From contig CBDCFW010000006.1 in the NCBI GenBank assembly GCA_965216465.1, forward strand, positions 928,001 through 992,000: a stretch of DNA of 64,000 bases, written 5' to 3'. The translations under genes were made by a program, and so were the position numbers. Under the pieces are notes generated by a model. The model did not search any database and was not told the DNA's origin. It saw only the letters and a program-made list of their open reading frames with translations. Positions 40,928-49,066 of the stretch are shown here, piece by piece. Source of the stretch: Bacteroidia bacterium (lineage in GTDB: Bacteria; Bacteroidota; Bacteroidia; NS11-12g; UBA9320). Positions within the stretch are counted from its first letter, which is position 1; every line of letters begins with the position of its first letter.

Positions 40928-42633
40928 TCAACAATCTGATTTAACAGGTTTTGAGATTCTTCTTCTAACTTCAACAAGTCATTGGTGATTTCCTGTGAAG
41001 AACGAAGTGGTTTGTACTTGTAGAAATATTTGGTGAAATTGATCTCGTACCCCACTTTACTCTTGTCAAAATCAATCCAAGATTCAGGTAAATGTGGTTC
41101 AACCTCTCTACTGAAATACTCTTCGATATCTTGATCCAATGGAACCCTTTCGTAATCTCTGAGTTTAGAATCAGGTTTAGGTGATCCATCTTTTTTACAT
41201 TCAATTTTCCCATTCTCTTTGAGAGGTTGTTCTATGGTAATCTTAGTATATCCAAAGAACTCATTGGGGTAAATCTTAGAGATTTTAGATTCTTCAAACC
41301 CATTGTATGTGTTTAAGATCTGTTGAGTTTGTTCTTCATCAATGTACTTACGTTTACTACCTAAACTCTTCTTCATTATTTTATGAAGAGAAGATCCATC
41401 AATCAGTTGAACCTTACCATTTCGATTGGTTTTCTTCTTATTGGTTACTATCCAGATATATGTAGAAATACCCGTATTAAAGAATAATGAATCGGGTAGA
41501 GATACAATACACTCTAACCAATCATTCTCAATGATCCATTTTCGGATTTCTGATTCACCACTTCCAGCATCTCCAGTAAAGAGGGGAGAACTGTTGAACA
41601 CTATTCCAATACGAGAACCTTCAGGTTTCATTTTAGAAATTAGGTGTTGAAGAAACAACAAGGATCCGTCAGATGTACGCGGAGTACCCACCGAAAATCT
41701 CCCCATTGAGTTTTTAGATTCTTCTTCAACATAACTCTTCTCTGATTTCCAACTGACTCCAAAGGGTGGATTGGTAATCATATAATCAAACTTTCTTCCC
41801 TCGTGTTGATCGTTTGATAGAGATGAACCCAATTTGATACGTTCAGGGTCTTCCCCTGTAATCAAGAAATCAGATTTACAAATAGAGAAGGTCTGTGGGT
41901 TTAGTTCTTGACCGTAGAGTTGGAACATTACATCAGATGAGATATTATCATTAACCCAATCCTTACCAATGGTTAACATTCCTCCTGTACCACAACAAGG
42001 GTCGTAAATTGAACGAATGATACCTTCACCCTTCAGGTTTTCATCATCACCACTAAACACCATTGAAACGAGAAGATTCACCACATCTCTTGGAGTGTAG
42101 TGTTCTCCACTTGTTTCGTTACTCATCTCGGAGAACTTACGAAGAAGTTCCTCAAAGATGGACCCCATTGTATGGTTATCTACTTTGTTGGGGTGTAAAT
42201 CAACCTCAGTAAACTTATCTATGAGGGAGTAGAGTTTCTTATTTTTAATGAGTTTCTCAACGGGTTTATCCAATTGGAAATTTTCCAATATCTGATGAAC
42301 GTTATCAGAATACCCATTCAGGTAGTTCGGGAAATTGATCCTCAATCCATTCGGGTCAGATTTCAAACGAGTTAAATCGTAGGGAGAATAGTTGAAGAAG
42401 TTTAATCCTGTTTTCTTTTTGATGATTGGAGTTGGGTCGTCAATACCACTTTGAAGAAGTTCATTGTATTGTTTTACCACTTCATCTTTATGAGGTTCAA
42501 TCAAACAATCCAGTCGTCGAAGTACAACGAATGGAAGGATCACATCTCCGTATTCGTGAGGTTTAAATAATCCTCTTAACTCATCGTCACAAACCCTCCA
42601 TATGAAGGATGATATTTCTTGGTAATTACTCAT
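40924..42633 (-). CDS. hsdM: Type I methyltransferase subunit M
   Basis: GEHYTPRDVV, YDPCCGTGGML, NPPF. Confidence 0.93.
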   Translation of the reverse strand: MSNYQEISSFIWRVCDDELRGLFKPHEYGDVILPFVVLRRLDCLIEPHKDEVVKQYNELLQSGIDDPTPIIKKKTGLNFFNYSPYDLTRLKSDPNGLRINFPNYLNGYSDNVHQILENFQLDKPVEKLIKNKKLYSLIDKFTEVDLHPNKVDNHTMGSIFEELLRKFSEMSNETSGEHYTPRDVVNLLVSMVFSGDDENLKGEGIIRSIYDPCCGTGGMLTIGKDWVNDNISSDVMFQLYGQELNPQTFSICKSDFLITGEDPERIKLGSSLSNDQHEGRKFDYMITNPPFGVSWKSEKSYVEEESKNSMGRFSVGTPRTSDGSLLFLQHLISKMKPEGSRIGIVFNSSPLFTGDAGSGESEIRKWIIENDWLECIVSLPDSLFFNTGISTYIWIVTNKKKTNRNGKVQLIDGSSLHKIMKKSLGSKRKYIDEEQTQQILNTYNGFEESKISKIYPNEFFGYTKITIEQPLKENGKIECKKDGSPKPDSKLRDYERVPLDQDIEEYFSREVEPHLPESWIDFDKSKVGYEINFTKYFYKYKPLRSSQEITNDLLKLEEESQNLLNQIVE

Positions 42634-42639
42634 TTCAGG

Positions 42640-42849
42640 TCAATTTTCTTTCGGGTCGTCATAAATCAATTCCGAGGGTTTAACCCCTAGTATTTGAGAA
42701 ATACGATTTAATGTTTCAAGTGAAGGTTGTGATTTATTATTACACCACAGGTTTACACTTACTGGTGAAACACCTATTTTTATGGATAACCATTTCTGAC
42801 TTCGGTTTTGATTTTTCAAAACTTCTCTCAGATTATTAAGTTTTCTCAT
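42640..42849 (-). CDS. XRE-family HTH regulator (controller-like) heading hsdMSR
   Basis: NNLREVL..SQKWL..GVS..V..W..N..QPSLETL. Confidence 0.8.
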   Translation of the reverse strand: MRKLNNLREVLKNQNRSQKWLSIKIGVSPVSVNLWCNNKSQPSLETLNRISQILGVKPSELIYDDPKEN

Positions 42850-42963
42850 TACGCCCAGAATCTTGGTCAAACTTAAACTAATTCTTAAAGATTTGGTAAT
42901 AAATCCTATTTTTGATTGAGAGAATTGGGACATTATTTGACCCAATTTCAAAGGGTATACATA

Positions 42964-43722
42964 ATGGAAGACGAGTTCTTACTTGATGAACTTAAAAACT
43001 ACATCGACTATTTCGAGGGGAGACCTTATGTCCATCATTTTCTTGTAGGGAATTCTTACGAAGTCAACATCAATGGTAAGAGTGTAAACAATTGTTTGAC
43101 AAACAATCAATATCTAGGGAAGAAAGAACTTTATGAGGAGTATTACTTGAATAGAGAATACGAAGAAGTTCTTTCGATGTTGGACAAACATAAGAGGATG
43201 GATTGGTTCATCCAACATCACGAAGAGATCTATGAAAAATCAAATAATGAAGACCAATATTATCAACTCCTAAGAGAGAATCTGGTTTACGTGGACAACC
43301 ATGAACCATACAGAAAGGAATACCCAAATTTGATCCATATAGGAAGTAATCCCCAATTGATGATGTTAGAGGATGAACGACTAAAATTGGATAAACTCCC
43401 TAATGAATTTGTTGTTTACAGAGGTGTTTCCTCAAACGAAAAAATAACGAAGAGAAACGTTCAAGGTTTACTCGGGAATTCATGGAGTCTCGACAGGGAG
43501 ATATCAATTTGGTTCTCCAAAAACCATTCGTCAAGACATCTAAATTCAAAGTATTTGGTTCTACTGACCTACCAAGTTTCAAAAACTGAGGTACTCGGGT
43601 ATTTTACGGACAGGAATGAAGAAGAAATGTTTTTAGACTACACTAGGATTGATATTGACAAAGTATCATTTGAAGAAATCCCGGAGAATTACCAGTTGAA
43701 AGTTTCCTTTGATAAAGGTTAA
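42964..43722 (+). CDS. Putative R-S-E-clade ADP-ribosyltransferase-like protein
   Basis: VVYRG ... NSWSLD....WF ... RNEEEM in the C-terminal half. Confidence 0.45.
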   Translation: MEDEFLLDELKNYIDYFEGRPYVHHFLVGNSYEVNINGKSVNNCLTNNQYLGKKELYEEYYLNREYEEVLSMLDKHKRMDWFIQHHEEIYEKSNNEDQYYQLLRENLVYVDNHEPYRKEYPNLIHIGSNPQLMMLEDERLKLDKLPNEFVVYRGVSSNEKITKRNVQGLLGNSWSLDREISIWFSKNHSSRHLNSKYLVLLTYQVSKTEVLGYFTDRNEEEMFLDYTRIDIDKVSFEEIPENYQLKVSFDKG

Positions 43723-44108
43723 ATCTAATAGGTCTCCTACACACATACAATCAGTTTTATCTTGACAACCGACCCTAATTTCCAGAAAAAATTGGGAAAT
43801 ATTTTTTTCAAGGTAGGGTCTACTCTCTAATATCCTACTTTCCCACCTATATAATAGGGGATACACCTCCCACCCCTCCCGGGACGAGATCCCTGGGGGA
43901 CAATTTGGTTGGCGGAACATAACCACCCAGTAAAATCACGGATTCTGGAGTCTCTAGTCCAGGATCATCCGGTCAATATTTGGTTGGCGTAACCCATTCG
44001 ACTCCAAGTTTACGGTGTACCCGTACGAGTACTAAAAACACCCCCAATACTAGTGCGTATACCCCATTAATAGGGTACATTAGCGTTACCCCATAAAATG
44101 AAGTGAAT

Positions 44109-44738
44109 ATGAAGGTGTTTTATTCCCGTATCAGTACCGATGAAGGTCAGACCCACAAAAGACAGTTACAGAACCTTAAAGGGTTCGATTACGTGTTCTG
44201 TGATGTAATATCTGGTTCCGTTCCACTCTTTGAAAGAGGGAAAGGGAAGGAGATAAAGAAACTCATGGATGAGGGTAAACTAACCCACCTTGAGGTTCAC
44301 TCAATTGATCGTCTTGGGAGGAATACCATCGATGTACTATCAAACTGGAAACTGTTCACTGAAAACAACGTGACGGTGGTCTGTCGTAATCCCAACATCA
44401 GGAACTTTGATAGTGAAGGAAATCCAGACAAGTTCAGTGAACTATTATTGTCCATCCTGTCGGTGATGTACAGTTTTGAAAGGGAGTCCATACGTCAAAG
44501 ACAATTGGAGGGGATCAGATTAAAAAAAATGACCAATCCGGAGGTATACATAGGACGAAGGGTTGGAACATCATATACTCCAGAACAATACTTAGAACGT
44601 AAGAAGTCAAAGGATATCCTTAAATACCTAGATAAGAGGTATAGTTACAAAGATATCAGTAGGATACTAGGAGTATCTCAAACTACTATAAGTAAGGTAA
44701 AGAAGACATATAAATCCTTACATAAAGAACTAATATAG
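44109..44738 (+). CDS. Small serine resolvase/invertase with C-terminal HTH (intact copy)
   Basis: YSRIST catalytic Ser; SIDRLGRN; ERESIRQRQLEG; HTH SYKDISRILGVSQTTI. Confidence 0.88.
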   Translation: MKVFYSRISTDEGQTHKRQLQNLKGFDYVFCDVISGSVPLFERGKGKEIKKLMDEGKLTHLEVHSIDRLGRNTIDVLSNWKLFTENNVTVVCRNPNIRNFDSEGNPDKFSELLLSILSVMYSFERESIRQRQLEGIRLKKMTNPEVYIGRRVGTSYTPEQYLERKKSKDILKYLDKRYSYKDISRILGVSQTTISKVKKTYKSLHKELI

Positions 44739-44862
44739 AGGTACATATAACCATAGTTTACTCAATATATACCACTAATCACAACAGTAAAAGGAAACAC
44801 AAACCCCAACCCCCTATATATGTCGTCAGTTTTTTAAAACAGACTAAGACCTATCAGTTGGG

Positions 44863-45448
44863 TTAATCAGGAACGTAGTTGACTACATCAACACCAGTCG
44901 ATAGAACCTCCGTATTGTTCTCCCTTGAGAACCGTTGGATACTCCTCATCTTCTTGGTGTATATACTCCAGACATGGTTCTCTTTGAACACCTTACCCCG
45001 AGGAGTTTTATAGTGGTTCTCGTTCAACCAATCACTTATCTGAACGAAGTTCAATCCCTCGTCCTCATGTTTGGTCTTAATGATCTCAAACAACTTTGAC
45101 TGGTAGTCACTGTACGGTGAAGTCCAGAGGTTGGGAGAGGATACTTGTAATACCATCGTGAGGTAGTAACCCTTACCGTTCGATAGGTCTTCGGAGGTTG
45201 GTATCTTTGGAGAGTGATCCGTTACAGTGGAGTAGAGCGAACGGGTCTGAAGTTGGTCCCCCAGTGTTTTCAATGGTTTGAGGACTGTTGAGTCTGGTGC
45301 GGAATTTGAATCTCCCCAAGTGGTTTTCGTCAAAAGTGGGATTTTAAGGTTGATTTTGAGGGTGTGAAGAAGGGTTTGAGAGTCGTGGTATAGAATGACC
45401 TTATCAAGAATGGAATCTAATACTGACCTTTTAAATTCAGGTGTAAGA
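44863..45448 (-). pseudogene. 5'-less copy of the integrase 3' end, reading through attP into the extra recombinase-like domain
   Basis: LTPEFK...LYSTVTD|HSPK...VPD in one frame. Confidence 0.7.
45200..45245. other. Intact internal attP (core GTTAC 45221-25), inverted
   Basis: Both element-side arms are joined: ..GATCC-GTTAC-AGTGGAGTAG.. Confidence 0.8.
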
Positions 45449-45506
45449 TTTTTCCAAAACGGTTCCGATATACACAGAATAATCTCTACTTTTTGGGATC
45501 ATTCAA

Positions 45507-47165
45507 ATGGAAACGTTACATATATTAATTCGTGTAAGTACACAAAGTCAAGAAGAAGATGGAACCAGTCTTCGAACCCAAAAACAACTTGGAATCGACC
45601 TATCTCGTAGGTTGAAAATGAAGTATCAAGTTCATAATGAAGGGGGAACTTCCTCCAGTAAAGATACCCTCGATAACAGACCTGTGATGTTGAATCTTTT
45701 GAGATTAATGGATGAAGGGATAGTCAAACACCTATTCGTTTATAATACTGATAGACTCTCAAGGGGGTATACCTGGTATATTATACGGAAGAAAATGGTT
45801 GACAATAACGTGATACTCTATTGTTCTACAGGAAGGTTCAATACCAGTGGGTCGATGGAGACATTGATTTTGGGAATATTATCAGAAATTTCTCAATACG
45901 ATAACAAGGTCAGAACCGAAAGATCACGTCTTGGGAAGTTGGAGAAGGTTAAACTCAATTATTATAGAGGAGGACCCCCAACATTTGGATACAAAATACA
46001 GAAAGGACAAAGGGGTTCAACACTAGAAATTGATGAATTCGAAGGTCAGATCGTTAGATCAGTGTTTAAAATGTACCATAAGGGTCACTCCGTCAAGGAG
46101 ATTAAACAGGTACTTGAGAAGGACGGAGTACGTACCCGGAGGGGTAATAAACATTGGTCATTAGGGTCACTTCAATTGATGTTGAGGAACGATACTTACA
46201 TTGGAATAGAGGAGTACCATGACAAGAAAAGTGGTGTTACGATACGAAGTGAAGTCCCTCCAATCATTCCAGTTAGGTTGTTTGAAGAGGTACAACAACG
46301 AAGAGTCAGAATTCTTACCCGTAAAGGTCAATTCAATCGGACAACACATGAGTATCTGTTTAGAGATTTTATGTATTGTCAGTGTGGATCTCCCATTGGA
46401 GGACGAATTAAACCGTCGAAATCAATCAGACAATTTTTCTGTACCCTTTCTGAAAGGAAATTTAACAAGTCAAAACCTACTTCTAAAACCTGTGAGATGA
46501 AACGATGTGTGAACATCGACAAAACAGAAGAGTTACTTTGGGATACCATTTATTCTCAACTGATTAAAACATCCGAAATGAGATTGATACTGAAAAAGAC
46601 AATCAAGGAAAACCCATCATTCTCATCAAGGGTCAGAAAACAGAAAGGGAAAATAAAAGACGAACTCAACCAAAAGGAGAAAGAATTAAAAAAGATTAGT
46701 GATGGAATCATCGACATTGAAAGAAGGAGAATTCTGAATGAATTTCAATCTGAAGACCTGTATAAAGGAATCAAAAAAGAGTTGGATAAGGAATACCGAA
46801 ATTGTCACATTCAAATTGAAAACCTAAAAAACTCTCTAAGATATTATGGGGAACAAGAGAACTGGTTCAAAACATTAGAACACTTATCAACCACCCTGAA
46901 ATCTACATCAATTCTTACACCTGAATTTAAAAGGTCAGTATTAGATTCCATTCTTGATAAGGTCATTCTATACCACGACTCTCAAACCCTTCTTCACACC
47001 CTCAAAATCAACCTTAAAATCCCACTTTTGACGAAAACCACTTGGGGAGATTCAAATTCCGCACCAGACTCAACAGTCCTCAAACCATTGAAAACACTGG
47101 GGGACCAACTTCAGACCCGTTCGCTCTACTCCACTGTAACTGATTTTGCAAGATTTCTAGGTTGA
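45507..47165 (+). CDS. Large serine recombinase (integrase); last 6-7 codons are glmS antisense sequence
   Basis: RVST, DRLSR, recombinase domain, Zn ribbon YCQCG..FC..C, coiled coil. Confidence 0.92.
   Translation: METLHILIRVSTQSQEEDGTSLRTQKQLGIDLSRRLKMKYQVHNEGGTSSSKDTLDNRPVMLNLLRLMDEGIVKHLFVYNTDRLSRGYTWYIIRKKMVDNNVILYCSTGRFNTSGSMETLILGILSEISQYDNKVRTERSRLGKLEKVKLNYYRGGPPTFGYKIQKGQRGSTLEIDEFEGQIVRSVFKMYHKGHSVKEIKQVLEKDGVRTRRGNKHWSLGSLQLMLRNDTYIGIEEYHDKKSGVTIRSEVPPIIPVRLFEEVQQRRVRILTRKGQFNRTTHEYLFRDFMYCQCGSPIGGRIKPSKSIRQFFCTLSERKFNKSKPTSKTCEMKRCVNIDKTEELLWDTIYSQLIKTSEMRLILKKTIKENPSFSSRVRKQKGKIKDELNQKEKELKKISDGIIDIERRRILNEFQSEDLYKGIKKELDKEYRNCHIQIENLKNSLRYYGEQENWFKTLEHLSTTLKSTSILTPEFKRSVLDSILDKVILYHDSQTLLHTLKINLKIPLLTKTTWGDSNSAPDSTVLKPLKTLGDQLQTRSLYSTVTDFARFLG
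46913..47135 (+). repeat. 223-bp arm inverted relative to 45226-45448
   Basis: Reverse-complement match by eye. Confidence 0.9.
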
Positions 47166-48970
47166 TCTACATTACAACCACGCATAACTGCAATGTAGTA
47201 CGAAAGAAGCTGAAGAGGAATAGTAGCCAAGATCGGGGTTAGGCAATCTTCTGTATCTGGAATTTCAATAACGTGATCTGCAACTTCTCGAACCTTAACG
47301 TCTCCTTCAGTAACAATTGCTATTATTTTACCTTTTCTTGCTTTAACCTCTTGAATATTGCTTAATACTTTCTCGTAGTAATTACGCTTAGTTGCAATAA
47401 CAACTACGGGCATTTCCTCATCAATTAATGCAATTGGGCCATGTTTCATTTCAGCAGCAGGATATCCTTCCGCGTGGATGTATGATATTTCCTTAAGTTT
47501 TAAGGCACCCTCAAGAGCAACAGGGAAATTATATCCTCTACCTAAGTAAAGGCAATTTGGAGCATCCATGTAGATGGAAGCAATCTCTTTACATTTATCG
47601 TGGCAGGACTCCAGTAATTCTTGAACTTTGGTTGGAATTGTATCAAGCTCAGCGAACATCTGACGTAGCCTATCTCGCGTTATTTTACCTCTAATGTCTG
47701 CAATACCCAATGCAAGTAGTGTAAGCACGGTTACTTGAGCGGTAAATGCTTTGGTTGAAGCTACACCAATTTCAGGTCCAGCATGAGTATAAGCTCCTGC
47801 ATGAGTAATTCTAGGAATGCTTGACCCCACAACATTGCAGATTCCGTATATGGTTGCTCCTTTTTCCTTAGCCATTTCAAGTGCTGCCAAGGTATCAGCA
47901 GTTTCACCACTTTGAGAGATTGCAATTACCAAGTCGTCTTCAGTAATAATTGGATTTCTATATCTGAATTCGGAAGCGTATTCTACTTCAACCGGAATTC
48001 TGCCAAACTCTTCAATGAGATATTCGCCAACAAGCCCAGCATGCCATGATGTGCCACAAGCTACAATGATGATACGGTCGAGGTTTCGAATTTTTGGAGC
48101 AAATTCTTCCAAACTTCTCATAGCAAATGTGAGACTGTTAGGATCAAATCTACCTCTCATAGAATCATATATAGACTTTGGTTGTTCAAAGATTTCTTTA
48201 AGCATGAAATGTTCGTACCCGCCTTTTTCCAGAGCATCTAAGCTGATTTCAAGTTCTTGTATAAAAGGAGATTTTGCAACATTGTCAATAGTCTTTAGTG
48301 TCATCTCACCATCGTGAATAGCCACAATTTCGTTATCGTCTAAGTAGGTTACCTTTTTAGTGTATTCAACTATAGGAGTTGCATCGCTAGCTAAAAAGAA
48401 TTCTCCTTCACGGTCGCTGATTCCAACTACCAAAGGACTTCCTTTTCGAGCAGCAATAAGCGTGTTAGGATCATTCTTGCTTAAGATAACAATGGCATAA
48501 GCACCAACTACTTCATTGAGGGCTAAACGAACTGCTTCTAACAAGTCAACACCTTCTTGTTCTTTTATTTCTTCAATTAAATGAGTAAGAACTTCAGTGT
48601 CAGTGTCACTTACAAACTCATGACCTCTATCAAGCAGTACTTTTTTAAGCGTATCGTAGTTCTCAATTATACCATTGTGAATAAGTGCAATGTCGCCACT
48701 CTGAGATAAATGAGGATGAGCATTAATGGTGTTAGGCTCACCATGAGTAGCCCAACGCGTGTGACCTATTCCTCGAGTTCCTTCAACATTTTTACCGGTA
48801 GTATTTTCTACAAGTTCAGAAACTTTTCCTTTGTTTTTATATACTCGAAGTGCTCCATTTAAAATGGCAATACCAGCACTGTCGTATCCACGATATTCTA
48901 ATCTTTGAAGACCCTTTACCAAAAAGTCATAGGCTTGGTCTGGTCCGTAGTAAGCAACGATTCCGCACAT
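47126..48970 (-). CDS. glmS: Glucosamine-fructose-6-phosphate aminotransferase
   Basis: MCGI, LEYRGYDSAG, GHTRWATHG, PRNLAKSVTVE. Confidence 0.98.
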   Translation of the reverse strand: MCGIVAYYGPDQAYDFLVKGLQRLEYRGYDSAGIAILNGALRVYKNKGKVSELVENTTGKNVEGTRGIGHTRWATHGEPNTINAHPHLSQSGDIALIHNGIIENYDTLKKVLLDRGHEFVSDTDTEVLTHLIEEIKEQEGVDLLEAVRLALNEVVGAYAIVILSKNDPNTLIAARKGSPLVVGISDREGEFFLASDATPIVEYTKKVTYLDDNEIVAIHDGEMTLKTIDNVAKSPFIQELEISLDALEKGGYEHFMLKEIFEQPKSIYDSMRGRFDPNSLTFAMRSLEEFAPKIRNLDRIIIVACGTSWHAGLVGEYLIEEFGRIPVEVEYASEFRYRNPIITEDDLVIAISQSGETADTLAALEMAKEKGATIYGICNVVGSSIPRITHAGAYTHAGPEIGVASTKAFTAQVTVLTLLALGIADIRGKITRDRLRQMFAELDTIPTKVQELLESCHDKCKEIASIYMDAPNCLYLGRGYNFPVALEGALKLKEISYIHAEGYPAAEMKHGPIALIDEEMPVVVIATKRNYYEKVLSNIQEVKARKGKIIAIVTEGDVKVREVADHVIEIPDTEDCLTPILATIPLQLLSYYIAVMRGCNVDQPRNLAKSVTVE

Positions 48971-49066
48971 AGTTTAATAATTCTAGCAAATTTATTGATA
49001 ATAACGTGACGCTATTTCACATTATGATACAAGTGTAGTAAATAGTAGTTTATTTCGATGAACGGA

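Larger units (their letters stand above)
43724..45448 (-). repeat. 1,725-bp internal inverted copy of the circle junction (46913-47135 joined to 33068-34570)
   Basis: Contiguous across GTTAC at 45221-25. Confidence 0.9.
33068..47140. mobile_element. GpC-depleted integrative element in the glmS 3' end, carrying a large serine recombinase (predicted circle 14,068 bp)
   Basis: att core duplication; integrase at the right end; sharp compositional boundary at both junctions. Confidence 0.9.

Noticed and set aside
33068-45225. Composite transposon bounded by two IS copies
   Set aside because: Arms contain no transposase, lack IS-like ends and target duplication, and continue through attP into integrase sequence
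33068-47140. Alternative genetic code (Ala encoded by another codon)
   Set aside because: Conserved Ala positions are replaced by several different residues and codons, and GC is also missing from non-coding DNA and codon junctions
33068-47140. Low G+C content as the cause of GC and Ala loss
   Set aside because: CG, GG, CC and Gly/Pro/Arg codons remain common; base composition looks broadly similar to the flanks
47100-47165. Tn7 insertion at attTn7
   Set aside because: No tns genes or TGT...ACA ends; the crossover is inside the glmS coding sequence with a serine integrase
48971-49066. glmS ribozyme
   Set aside because: Short AT-rich spacer with no recognisable ribozyme core
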